NCBI RefSeq assembly: GCF_964355755.1
Contig: NC_092671.1
Coordinates: 20,398,001 to 20,462,000 of the forward strand
From: Antedon mediterranea
Taxonomy: Eukaryota; Animalia; Echinodermata
DNA: 64,000 bases
Direction: 5' to 3'
Shown here in pieces: positions 1 through 13,100 of the stretch. Below the pieces are notes generated by a model, which saw only the letters and a program-made list of their open reading frames with translations, had not been told where the DNA came from and ran no database searches. Position numbers and translations under genes: made by a program. Each line of letters starts with the position of its first letter. The first letter of the stretch is position 1.

Positions 1-210
1 AAGTTTACAAATGTACAGTACAAATAAATGATTGCTTGATAGAATTACTGTATTTATAATTAATGTTTAACTCTAATAAAAAACAATCTTTCAAAATCGA
101 AATGTTTACTGTTTTTTTTCCTAGTTTAGATAATGAGATGTATGTTTAATTAATTATCTTCTGCAAGGTCTGACCAAATAAATTACAGGATTATCACATA
201 CCCATGACTC

Positions 211-1016
211 ATGTCGAAAAGAAAATTAAAAACCCGATCATATGAAGAAAAATAGGCGATTCTTAAATTTGTTGATGAAAATCCAACTTGGAAGAAAAAT
301 CGCCACATCTTTGCTACTCGCAGGTTGGCTGCAACGGAAGCTGAAGATGAGTTCAAGTGGACGTTGTTAGACGCAATTGTCACAATAAAAAGTGCTTGGC
401 GAAAGGTCACCCCACAAACCATTTCCAATGTATACCAAAAAGTGGGTTTTATAAAGCCCCTTTTAGCTGGCGCTGACGACAATGCCGATGAAGAACAGGT
501 GGTGGTAAGTTTTTATCACATTGGTCTAATATCGCATTTTTATTTCCGTTTTCTGTATTCAAGTAAAAGTTAAGACAAAGGTTTTAACACATTTTCTTTA
601 TTGTATTGTAGATAGATGTCGTTGAAGAAGAAAGAGACTTCGGGAACATTTGGGAACGACTTGCTGCAACATTTGAGCTTTCCTCACTGGCTGATTACAT
701 ATCTGAAGACGATAAAGATGCAGGTGTTGCTGAACAGCTAGAGGACAGCGAGATCGTCGACCTAGTGTTAGATGAGGAATCAGACCCAGAAGAAGAAGAA
801 GACGAAGAGACGGTGGACGCACAGCCCATGCAAGATAATTCAGGTCTAACTTTACAGGAGATGTTTTCTATTGTGGACACAATCAGACGGTACAATCGGT
901 TGGTTGAGAATCTGCCTGATGAAATTGCCATTATGGCCGACCGATATGAAGCCTTTTTAATGAAGGAATCGCATAAAAAGTTAATGCAGAAATCAATTAC
1001 CGATTTCTTTAAATAA
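211..1016 (+). pseudogene. Internally deleted pogo/Tigger (CENP-B/DDE_1-type) transposase with an intron at 505-611
   Basis: MSKRKLKTRSYEEK*AILKFVDE (HTH-like start, one stop) joined in frame to TLLDAIVTIKSAWRKVTPQTISNVYQKVGF. After GTAAGT..TAG splicing the frame stays open through an acidic tail ending QKSITDFFK. Confidence 0.75.
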
Positions 1017-1222
1017 ATCTATTACACTGTATTAAAGATTGAAAAGTGTTACATAAACTGTAAATAATGTATACTGTGTTCTCCTTTTTTCGACTTCCAT
1101 TTTTGTGTGAAATAAAATAAAAATACATACTGTACCTGTATTCGATTCCTTTTGAAAATGTACCAATTGGCGAGAATTGGACCGAGAAACTTAACGTCAT
1201 GGATTGCGCCTCAAAAGCTATA

Positions 1223-4200
1223 TAGTGTAGGCTGGTATGTCGTTTATATGAATGTCGTGTATTTTTTTTTTTTAAAGCAAACTTGACCTTTTTTCATATC
1301 TTGATAATATAAGGAATGAAAAAAAATATGTTGCCATTTTTTCAAAAGACATTTAAAGGACCAAATTCAAGATGGCCGCCAACATTCAAATAACCCTATT
1401 AAAAATCAGAATATCACCAATAATACAAATTATGAACGTGGAACAAGTCCGTTTTGATGGTATTACTGTACCCATTATACAATCTTAACTATGTAAAGTG
1501 ATAATCTGTCGGCCATCTTGGATTTCAAAATGGCCACCACTAAAAATTAAATTCTTTAAATAATTTTTTTTAAATATGTGTGCATAAATTTTTGTTTGTA
1601 CACAATGTTCTAAAATTGTCACTTCTCACAGGATTGTCTAAATATAAGGCTGTCTAAAGTTGTCAATGTTCTCTATATAACAGATATATAATACCCCACT
1701 ATGACTCTTAAATTAAATTAAATGTATGGAACAACTTACCAATTGATATCAAATATTCAACAACAATTACGTCTAACTAGATGGTGAGCTCGCTTCGCTC
1801 GCTCCCCTATAGGAAGTGTAAACAATGGTTCTCGGAATGATAATGACTCGGGTAAAAAGGTTTTAGAAGGACGTTCTCCTTGTACGTTTTCTGTCGGTTA
1901 CCATTATTGAAAATGCTTGACATTCGAAAAACTAAACCTACTCTGTTTCACAGTGTCTTAGATGATTAATAACATTTCAAAGTATAGTGTTTATTGTTTG
2001 GTAGGGCGGAGGTGGGGAGGCAGAGTTCATTTGAGGGAGATGCTTATTTGAGGGATTTTTTAGTTTTAATAATATCGTAACATTTATAATCTAATAGATA
2101 TGAAAAGTGGTAAAAAAAAATAACAAATGCTTGGTAAATTGTAGTTAACAGTGTGATGAATTCTATTACAAATAGTATAATTTGTGTTATTATAAATATA
2201 ATACAATATTGTGTGTATAAATGTGGATGGGCGTTTATTAGATAGTTGGGTCTAGGTGGGTGTAGGCAATTATTATTCAAAGTGATGTTTTATTGGGGAG
2301 GCGTTTATTCAAATACATTATTTAATTTAAACATCTTTTGAAACTAACTTCCAGTACAGAATGTAGGCCGTTTCGGCCCAAGATGGAAGATGTTTTAGAT
2401 GACTTGCAATATGGGCCCTAATGGGACACAGATAGCCTACATTTATTCCTGCCAGCTTACTCAATAAAACTCGGCTATCGGGATTTTATTTTTTAACCAC
2501 TGTACCTTCACACGTGCGGTCCGATCCGAAAATAAACAAAATACTAAATGGATATAGCTACTAACGACCAACTTAACTGAAACCATGTAGTTGCAAGGTG
2601 AACCTGTGAACTTATTGTGAAATCAGAAATTTTTTTTAAAACTCTTTATAATATATTCCTAAGATAGAAATATGGAACAATATTGTAATAGTGAAACTGT
2701 TTTACATTTCGTGGTACATCTGAGATAGTTCAGGTAGGTATCCAAGGCAGATATTTGTTTTCCATTGTGCTCACCTATGTCAGAATTAACAATAATTTAT
2801 ATATAGATTCTAAATTACAGATCTCATTTCTTTTCATGAAAATGAAACTTGACAGGAGACAGGACCACAATATAAAACAAGTGCATTTATACCTTATTGT
2901 GAAATCCTGTATAAATATGATGTTAAATAATAAATGCGTTATTGCTATGTAATTCAATTTCTTAACCTTCAGGGCCATAGTCACCAGTATGGTTGGTAAG
3001 TTTTCAACCTGTCAACTTTTGCCAGAAGCTTGAAGGAAATACAGATACAGCTTATTCACAAGATTATTCATAGGCAGCATTAACTCCTACTTCTCATCTT
3101 CTACAATCTCAACCGATTTCATTAGGTATGTACCCCCTACAGATAGACCACCATTATACACTGGTTTGATGAGTGCACATGGTTGTGGTATAAAAACGCA
3201 TGTACTAGGAAAAGACAAGAATGCCTGGTGATGACTCTTACCTGAGATGAGTGGAGGTGGACAGAGATGACATCAAGAAGCAATTATTATGTCGACCCGA
3301 TGAAATATATGGCTTTTGGACATGTAGCATTGTGAAAATAGTGTTGAGGCCAGTGCTTTTGTTGAAACTGAACTTGTATTACCTATACAACCAGTGACAC
3401 AAATATCTTAAATGGAAAACATCTCTAAAGGACAGAAGCACACTAATTCTGCTTTCTCTCTACAAATGCAGACAGAGAAAAAGATTCTAAGTGAAATATC
3501 ATTTTGTTTGAAAGAGGCTGATCATAAAGATATTAACTTGAATACAGAGAGTCGACGAAATCTAAGTGATGTGGTTAAACTATATCCCTATATATGTCCG
3601 AGACACAAGAAAACGATATCTGCACACATGGAAAGTACACATGCTTTTATCAAATATTTCTTCGCTCATGACCACCTGTACTACCGGTTACTTCCGCTGT
3701 ATCAATTTCAACAGATTACTGAAACAAATTACAGATATTGGAGTTTATGAGAGGACATGTATGTGTGGGACTTCAATTGATCAGGGTCATTGAGCGTGGT
3801 ATCATTGGAATAACACAAATTAATGATTTCATCAGAGCTGGCAAATTAAAGAGAGATGATATCCCGATTAATGAAGAATGCTGCAATTCGCACAAAGGTG
3901 TTTTTTGGCCATGGCATGATGAAATTGGACAGAAAATGTTTGAGGCATTGGTAAAAGTCTTGTAGAAGCCAAACTGTCTATATGGGATCCTAAGAAAAAG
4001 ACGAATATTGGCACAAAATATATATGACGGTGAATACAGGTGACAAACTTATCAAAGTAAGAGAGGACTCCTATAGAGATTATTTGGCGGTGAAATGAGG
4101 TATTGCAGTACTTTTGCCAATTTGTTTCTGAACAAGCTTGTTGGGATCACAGATCAGTCTGTGGAAGTTTGATGGATACAGTAGTAGAAAACGAAGGAAC

Positions 4201-4878
4201 TTACTGTATCGCATTCAAGATTAGAAATATTTCATTGAAGGACTTTGGCAGAGTTAGTTGTCATTTAACTGAAGAAGTTTATGAGATGTTTTAATATGAA
4301 GAAGTGTACTGTCAGTACTATAGACCTCCTGATGGTCAACATTTTGTGTTAATCACCATGTTGTTGTCATAAGCATATCATTTTGTGTATTTCAATCTAA
4401 TTATATTTAACTTACACATGTTTTAATAAGAAATTTAACCCATTTATAAAAAATTGGCGGCCATTTTTTATTAATCACCAATGTTGTTGTCATAGGCCTA
4501 TCATTTTATGTGATTTAAATCAACGTCATAACTTGCACATGTTTTAATAAGAAATTTAATCAATTTTTTTTAAATGGCGGCCATTTTGAAATTCAAAATG
4601 TCAGAATACTAATGAATATAGGTTTATAATAATTCTTATATAGCAGAGAACCCATATGAACTTTAAATATTATTCATAATGGGTGTTACTTTGTCCAATA
4701 TGGTACATTTATTGGATATTTTACATATTGGCGGCCATCTTGGATTTGACACCCTTAAGCTTTTTTAAAAAAATGGCAACATATTTTTTTCATTACTTTA
4801 CATCCTAAAGACACTTTATCAGCTGGAATTTTGCTTTTAACAAAAAAATGACACGAAATTACATAGTGGCCTACATTA
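1223..4878 (+). mobile_element. Academ-type DNA transposon, decayed
   Basis: Imperfect ~150-bp TIRs (TAGTGTAGGC..CAAGATGGCCGCC / GGCGGCCATCTTG..GCCTACATTA) with ATA on both flanks. Broken ORF motifs HMESTHAFIKYFFAHDHLYY, IDQGHE, GIIGITQ and KEADHK resemble Academ transposase. Confidence 0.65.
1777..2807 (-). mobile_element. Non-autonomous Helitron
   Basis: Minus strand starts TC and ends with a GC-rich GAGCGAGCGAAGCGAGCTC hairpin plus CTAG; A|T target; same ends as 9298-9729. Confidence 0.7.
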
Positions 4879-6616
4879 ATATTTAACACATCGTTAGGCG
4901 CCAGCTTTCTCTACGCTCGAGTCTACCGGTAATGCGCTGGTAACGGCTATCGCGGGCCGGCCGAACCATAGAGGAATGACTGAACAGACATCAAATTAAT
5001 TAAAGAAATTAATTAATTAAGACTGGTACAGCAATGAGCGTATAAAAACAAAATTGCGCGTAATGACAGTTCAAAACTATCACGTTTTTTAAGGCCTTAA
5101 TTAAGTATATTCGTCTACTGCATGCTAGGGCTGGCTGGATTCCAGCAAAGTGGTAGCCTAGGCCTACTTTTCTGTAAAAAAAATCATGAATCTTTAAGTC
5201 GAAATTCGCGCAAGTCGAACTTTTTGATCGGTCCCATTAGATTCGACTTAGGCGGAGTTGACTGTATTGCAATATTTGTATTCCTCTTTCTTAACTATAA
5301 AATTGGGAAAAGTTAAAACTTTCAATTTTAAATAAATCGATGAATCAAAATGATTGAAAATATGGTTTTGTTGTGTAAAATAAAACTGTTTTAAAACAAT
5401 ATTTTAATACACAAACAGACACAAAAAAACCATAGAAGAATGAAATATAATCCATTTAGGAAGATGTAATAATTTTGTGACATGCTCGCTCCTTGCTGCA
5501 AGGTCTAGTATTATTAGTACGCTTGAACAGAACAGAGCGATATTAGAAAGTGTGGTATACCAACAGTTATTAATGCGATCAACAAAATGTGATGGGAAAT
5601 GGAACAAAATAGGATTTGTTTTTGTTTTTTAGTGTATAAATTATATGCAGGATTTATAATGAAATCTAGAGAAAACAAGGGTGGTTTATGACATATATGC
5701 GGAGGGATCTTTGATCAGATTATTTTTATATTATTATTATTTTATATTTTCGCGCCGCAGCTCTAGCCAGCTAGGTCCCAGGAGGACACATTCATTAATA
5801 AGCTGTTTCATAGCGGTAGCTTTAGTATCTAAGGCTGACAGTTTTGTGAATTTGGAAACTCGACTATAATTTATAGGTAGCTGCTGGACCCAAAAAACGT
5901 CTGGGAGAAGACAGTATTATTGAGATGTAGACGGAAATCTGTAAAATCTTGATCAATAAATAATAACTTCGTTTTTGCTGTCAACCAGGCCGGTATTATA
6001 ATAAGTCACTGTAGAATAATCATTCGATAATGGTCAAAACTTTATTTTGGCTCTGTCAACATAAAGGGAGGTATTTACAATGACTTTCTTTGACTGTCAA
6101 TCTAGGCCAATGTTATAATAATACGCCGTCAGATATTAAATCATTGAAACAGTCCTCGTAAATTTTTTGTTGGTTATCAGATGCCGTGGGGGGGGGGGGG
6201 GGGGGGTCCAATCAATTATCGTCAGAAGGTGAACAATCAGTCTAGGTAGCAGCAGCAGATTATTAGGAACGCCTGCTCCATTAATTAATCCAGAAAAAGG
6301 TTTGTACATTATCTATTTGTTTATTAGCCTTCTCCTAACACAATTATATTTTCTTTAAAAAAAAGGTTTTATAAGTGGTTTCAACATTTATGATAGTAAT
6401 GTCACAGTTCTGTGTCTGGACGCAAGTTCATAGACCTACTAGTTATATTATTCATATTAACTGATACTTACTCTTCATTACCGTAAAGTTCAGTTTTAAT
6501 GAAATATATAATATAAATTGGCTTCGTAACAATTAATTAGTGTTGAAAAGGTTAGTTTTTTGGTGATAGGTGAAAATGACATGTAACTTCGTAATCAATT
6601 TATTTTTTTTGTATAA

Positions 6617-6982
6617 AGGCCCAATTACACTGACGATAACGACGGACGATAAATATATAGCATGCATTTTTTTTACATAAACCAAAAGAAATTAGAAAGG
6701 GTTTCGTTCTAGACCTATAGGATAATCATTTATGCTGTCTTTGATAATAATAATGTTTTTCAAATTCCAATCAAATGATGTCATGATAAATAAAAACAAT
6801 AAAATCGCTGTATTGTCACGATATTATTGGTCTTACTAATCATGACGTCATTTGATTGGACGTGTGAAAAATATAATTTTCATCAAAGGAATTGTTTATA
6901 TTTCTTTTGGTTTAGACTTATGTATTAAAAATGCACATTTGTCTATTTATCGTCGATCGTTATCGTCCTAGTGTATGGGCCT
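6617..6982. mobile_element. PIF/Harbinger-like MITE
   Basis: TIRs AGGCCCAATTACACT-GACGATAACGAC / GTTATCGTCCTAGTGTATGGGCCT; TAA-like flank. Confidence 0.6.
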
Positions 6983-7289
6983 TATGCTGTAAATGTTCAA
7001 TTAATTGATCATTCCGATTTTATTAGTTGGACTCTTGCACAGTTGCTGTCTAATCGTTGTTGTGTAATATCATTTAGAACCATATTAAAATCATAAAGAG
7101 ATTCATATTCCTTAACATGTGGCTGTGCATGGAAGTCTGGTCTACACAAACTCGGGCCCGGGCCTGAAAGTGTTGGTGAATTCATAATTATACTTAATAT
7201 TATATTTATATATATATATATATATATAATTATATTATTATACAATTGAAAGCAAAACCCGTTGAATCTCAAATCATTAGGACTAGAAA

Positions 7290-8432
7290 GTTGGCTTATC
7301 AATCAAATAAATACTTTCGTTCAAAATGAAACTCCAACCTCTCTAATCAAAAGATTGAACTCGAAAACGGACCGTTTTTTTTAATTGGGTATGTTGAAAC
7401 ATTTCAATATTCATTTAAAAAAGTACATTAATTATGGTATTGATCAGTGGCTATAGAGGCGTAAAAACCCTCGGTCAATATCATGTAAAATGCACTGTGG
7501 AAGGATCATTATTAAGACTGCAAAATTGGGCTTATCAACAAATAAATACTTTCGTTCAAAATGTAAAATCAAGGCTGAAAAATTGGGCTTATCAACAACA
7601 AAATATTTTACTATTGGACGCGATAACATCAAGGATAATCAGTATAATTATTAATATAGCCACTGTTACTAGTTTTATTCTACATGCTAAAGTAAATAAA
7701 AATCCACTAGAAAACAAGCAAGTCTGAATGTTATGCTTATTAGCCATGTTATGTTTGTTACTGTAGGCCTATGATTGTTTGCAATGTCCACATATTATTT
7801 CCGTGGGCATATCCATAATGTATCACTCACAAAAAAGACGTGTGAGGTTCTTTCTTTAGATTTTGAAGAATGATTTGTGTTACAGGTTGACACAAGAGTC
7901 AAATGCTCAAGATATCGGCTAACGCCATGGGACCCTTGGCTTATCAATGAATAATAAATACAGTACTACAGTACTTTCGTTCAATTGAAATCGGAATCTG
8001 ACCGTTTCATTAAATTGGGTGTGATTAGGCCTAAACATATAATAATTTATTAAAAAGGTACAATAAAAACAAATGCATCAGAGGCGTAAAGAACCCACGG
8101 TCAATATCATGTAAAATGTGTTATAAGCACTGTGGAAGGGGTCATTATTATTAAACTGGAAAATTCGGCTTATCAACAAATAAATACTTTCGTTTAAAAT
8201 GTAAAATAAGACTGCAAAATTGGGCTTATCAACAAATAAATACTTTCGTTCAAAATGTAAAATAAGACTGCACAATTGGGCTTATCAACAAATAAAATAC
8301 TTTTTTTTTCGAAATGTAAAATTAAGACTGGAAAATTGGGCTTATAAACAAATAAATACTTTTTTTCAAAATGTAAAATTAAAACTGGAAAATTGGGCTT
8401 ATAAACAAATAAATACTTCCGTTCAAAATGTA
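7290..8432. repeat. ~59-bp minisatellite units (AAATTGGGCTTATCAACAAATAAATACTTTCGTTCAAAATG) within a larger partial duplication
   Basis: About five tandem units at 8155-8432; further copies near 7290, 7520-7600 and 7940. Confidence 0.8.
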
Positions 8433-9173
8433 AGAAAACATTTTTTAAATATAATCCTTAAGCTCTGTCTATACTATCAAACTAAATATGATGTGCCCAT
8501 ATTATATAGACATGACGATGTCATATCACTACGATAATCGGGCATATCACTACCATATTTGGACACATCACACTTTTTTTTGTTAAACTAGTTGGGACAG
8601 TGTAGACACAGAACTATGTGATCGAAACATAAGTCGGAATTGGACTGACGCGATTGATTTAATTGGGTATTTTTATTAATGTAATGATTCATTAAAAACT
8701 ATAATAATACCGATACACGTTTGGTATTGATCAATGGTGCAAAAGAAAGAAATAATGTTATAACAGGATTTGGTGATAGCTTAGCAATAATACAACCCAT
8801 ATACTGTACTATTATTATAAATACCTATTACAAATCCATTCAAATAACTTTTCATCGCGAACCGAAAATGTATAAATGTTATTCTACAGACCGTAATTAT
8901 ATATTCAAAAGCCATATTATTATTATTAATACCTAAATGCGATAGTAATAACCACATACATTATTCCCAATACAAATTTGTGCATTTAATTCTAGAAAGA
9001 AACGACTGTGCTGACAGGCCAATGACATAAATCACAAGTAAAGTCCCAATTGTTCACTTGCGTTTTGATTGGCCGACCTATTATATTAGATTAATGAAGA
9101 CTGTTCTTACAACTGTCCAGTCAAAAAGTTACGCGGCGTTTTTTGTAAGAAATATTTCTTGTTTATTATGTAG

Positions 9174-9770
9174 TGATACCGGCTATTGTATTAGCATTAC
9201 CAAGATCTTATCTTTCATATTATAAATAATTAAAGATTCTGACAAAATTAATCAATCAATATATCTTTTAAAAATCAATTACCTTTATTTACATCAACTA
9301 GAGGGTGAGCTCGCTTCGCTCGCTCCCCCTCTAGGAAGTGTAGACGATGGTTCTCGGAATGATAATGTTCTCCTTATACGTTTTCTGTCGGTTACCATTA
9401 TTGAAAATGCTTGACATTCGAAAAATATTTGAAACCAGGTTGTTGCAAGGTGAACTTATCTTAAACCCGGAAATTACTTTGACCGGGAAGAATTGAAATT
9501 GAGATGAAAATCTAATGTTGAAATCATAAATTTTGTTAAAAAACTCTTTATAACATCTTCCTAAGATAGAAATATGGAACAATAGCGTTGATGTGAACAC
9601 TAATGTTATCAAATCTACGTTTCGCAGTACATCCCAGATAGATAAGGTAGGTATCCAAGGCGGAGATTTGTACCGAAGTTTTTGCATTGTGCTCGCCTAT
9701 GTCAGAATTAACCATAATTTATATATAGATACATATAACCTATAATTCGTCAGTGACTAATTAAATCTAG
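9174..9770 (+). mobile_element. Helentron-type element (family D), 3' part, interrupted by a Helitron
   Basis: Reverse-complement match to 42956-43120; ends in an AATTCGTCA..TGAC hairpin plus CTAG. Confidence 0.55.
9298..9729 (-). mobile_element. Non-autonomous Helitron (short copy)
   Basis: TC...hairpin-CTAG ends; inserted at A|T with no TSD; homologous to 1777-2807. Confidence 0.7.
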
Positions 9771-10003
9771 TATTTTATTTATTTGGATATAAATATTTTC
9801 TTTTAAACTTGCAATATTGAATATTGTATGTGTTTTTTATATATGTTTGTTAATAAATATTTTCAGCCTCTAAAAAAGTGCTGCTGTTTTGTAGCTTTTT
9901 ATACATACCGAAATAAATAAATAAATAAAATACAATCATATTCACACACCATAGCCATTAAAAAAAAAAATCAATACAGAAAGAAATACAAATGTGTACT
10001 TAC

Positions 10004-10166
10004 GGTCAACGCTTCCATAGGTGATAGTAAAACCTGTACCTCCGATAGATGAATCAGTTAGGAATTTAACATACAACTGGTTGGATGATGCATTAAAATT
10101 TGACGGAGCATTGAGACCACAAAATTTACTAACCAATGGTGCATAAGGACTTATTCCATCACGAAC
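10004..10166 (-). CDS. CUBN: cubilin exon (CUB24-like, C-half)
   Basis: VRDGISPYAPLVSKFCG...FLTDSSIGGTGFTITY; ends at a GTAAGT donor, so the gene continues. Confidence 0.9.
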
Positions 10167-13100
10167 CTATAACAAAATAACTTTAAATTAAAAAATGTAT
10201 TTTAAGTCTTGAAATCATGCTGGTAGTGCATCAATCATTCTGGTCATTTTTATTACCTATATGTATAGATGCGGGCTACATTCAACAGTATAAACTCTCT
10301 CTATAACTTATTATAATATAGATCAAATTTATTTTGATTGAAAACAGAGGCTGGAATATCAGTAATATTTTATCAATCTGTCAATAGAAATAATTTGTTA
10401 CTACTGATACTGTACCGTTTTCAAAGAATACTATTGACCCTAAATCAGCATCACTATAATGACTCATATCTACAGTATTTTAAATTTCAAAAAGGTATTG
10501 CATGAAAAATAAATATTTATTAAATCAGATTTTGAATATGCCAGTTTTAATGAAGTTATCATTTCCATAGGTTAATAAAACGAACAAAAATAATTATTTC
10601 ACATATGAATGAACAGTTAAATTTAACCAAAAACCCATTTTCTCAGACAATTTGACTATATTTTGCTTTAAATTTTCAGGTTGAGGATTCAATTTTTTAG
10701 TCAAAGTAAATAACTATTATGTGACATGTTGATATAAAGTTTTCGGTACACCACATGTATTAGATCTAAAAAGAACTGTTGAGTTACTCGACGTTTCGAT
10801 CAATATGCTTCTGAGGATGATCAAAGCATATTGATCGAAACGTCGAGTAACTCAACAGTTCTTTTCAGAACTAATACATGTGGTGTACCGCAAACTTTAT
10901 ATATCAGACATTTGATTTCACCATGCAAACCTTCAAACAATATATTATGTGACATTAAAATGGCATATTCAACAACAAAAATGTAAAAAATAATATCACA
11001 GCCACTTTATCACGGAGTATGCAAACAGGGCCAGAACATTATTTATTACAAATCCAACACCAAAATTGATATTGACCAGACCGTGTCTAGAGATTAACAT
11101 GGGTAACAAGTGGTTACCTCTAATCTCTGAATGTCTGTAAAATCATCACAAGTTAAGGATTTGTTATATTTTTGTGATTCTCTTTCATATAAGTAAACTT
11201 GTGAGGCCTAATTCTAAAGTGTGCTCCACTATAAAGTTAGTTAACACATTGTGCAAAAAGCAGACAGAAGAATAGTAAAATTATATTACCTCAATATAGT
11301 CATAGTCACACTGTCCTCCAAGCCCAGACTCAATATCAAATGAAGAGCCAAATGAAAGTTGAACCAATTTGTTGACATCAACTGATATGAGCCAAGTGCA
11401 AACCAAGTTGTCTTCATACAGGCCGTCATTATCTACATCAATATCTGTAAAAGTGCCTGATGGTGATGTTAGACTTCCACCACATCCTTGTGCCACACCT
11501 TGATTGAAATAATACGCGAGAAATTAACAGATTTTGCAAAGTGAAATTATTCTTTTAAAAAGAAGTTCAACTTCACAAGCCAAGAAACAAAAGATTCATA
11601 TTTCAACTGTAGTTACAATAATGTAATTTATTTCTCTTGATTTTTCCCTCTGTATTTTATAAGGAGTCTCATCCATGATAGACTAACAGAAGGTGGAATC
11701 AGCTATTCATGAATTATAGATTTTCTTTCAAATATGCACCAAATGATTATATTTACAAGAGAGAAAAATGGGTAAATCAAGAGTTAATTTTGGGGTCCCT
11801 TTATTATTTTTTTTCCAGTTTGCCGATGATGACACCTTTGGTAAAGCTCAGTTAAGGCAATCATTTCAAATTTGGGTAAATGTACCTAAACTAAAAATGT
11901 GTAATAGAAATTTCTTATTTATGAATTTGATTTAATTTATGTTTTTTAAAATGCCTCTCTAGAAAACAAAAGATTTATAAAAAAAAATCTAACATAAAAT
12001 AAACACAATGAAACATTGGGGAAACTATGGATTATCAGAATGTAATAAATCCTGTCCCAGAATTCAGATGTCTAGGTGTGTATCTGTAAATTATAGTTAA
12101 TGAATTTTTAAAATCATTCAACCTACTGAACGTCTCATAATATCCAGCTTTGAATCCTCCGTGTGTTGAAGATACATCCGAGAGGAAGTTGAGTAGCATT
12201 GTTTTATTTGTACTCTTTATAGGATCTGGTAAAACTTCTCCACACAGTGGTCCAGCTAGTACAGGATTGTTTGTTGTTGGTCCATCATAAATGGTAAGGG
12301 AATCATACAAACATGATGAATGTACTTCAATATCAAACATTGAAAAGCTGGAAAATGTTATTATTGCATATTAAAAAATAATATATATAAAATTCATCTA
12401 AAACCTTTTTTTTGTAAAAATTCATGAGTAAGGTCATAATTAGGTTTGATTAAATCTTAATGTTGTACTGTATTTTTTTCATCCTTTTTTACAAATTCAC
12501 AGGCATAGAAGAAATTCTACACCACCTGGTGATAACAAGAATGTGTGTGAATGCTCTTAAGCAAGATTTGAAATTTGAACCTTCTACTTTCCTTGCTTTA
12601 TGCTCATATTGTTATAGATTAGTGTTATTATTCTGTTTCAAATAAAAACAAATAAACAATTGATTTTACTGCTTACACCAATTCCACCACTCTATTGTCA
12701 TTGACTGTAATAAGCCATGTACAATTCTCGTTGTTCCTGTATGTTCCTGTATCAGTTGTTGACACCTGACCAGCTGGGCCAACATATTCACCACCACAAC
12801 CTGCAAATAACAATACATTTAAATACCTGGGTGTATTGAGTTCTCGTAACTAAAATATAGATTCTTACTTGTAGCATAGATATTATACTGAACTTGTACA
12901 GCAAAGTATAGCTCATTTTGATGCTTACTCATATGGGCCATACCATTTTTCACATTTCAATGTTAGTGCTAGTCATATTCACCATTTATGTACCAGATTT
13001 CTGACATTACCCTATGCTTTTTCGAACATGTACACTTCCCGAGGTATTAAAAGTATATTTTGCCAAATTTATTACAAAATGAAAATTTCCTATTTAAATA

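Larger units (their letters stand above)
1..5264 (+). mobile_element. pogo/Tigger element (left end outside window) hosting nested insertions
   Basis: Transposase relic plus a Tigger-type right terminus TTCGACTTAGGCGGAGTTGACTG followed by TA at 5265. Pairing of the two parts is inferred. Confidence 0.5.

Noticed and set aside
183-931. Minus-strand ORFs 183-482, 598-822 and 695-931
   Set aside because: These are antisense shadows of the plus-strand transposase relic.
6187-6206. Long poly-G run (possible G-quadruplex)
   Set aside because: It is an isolated homopolymer with no supporting context.
8155-8432. Regular ~59-bp repeats resembling a CRISPR array
   Set aside because: The units are contiguous near-identical copies with no unique spacers, there are no cas genes, and the context is eukaryotic; this is a minisatellite.
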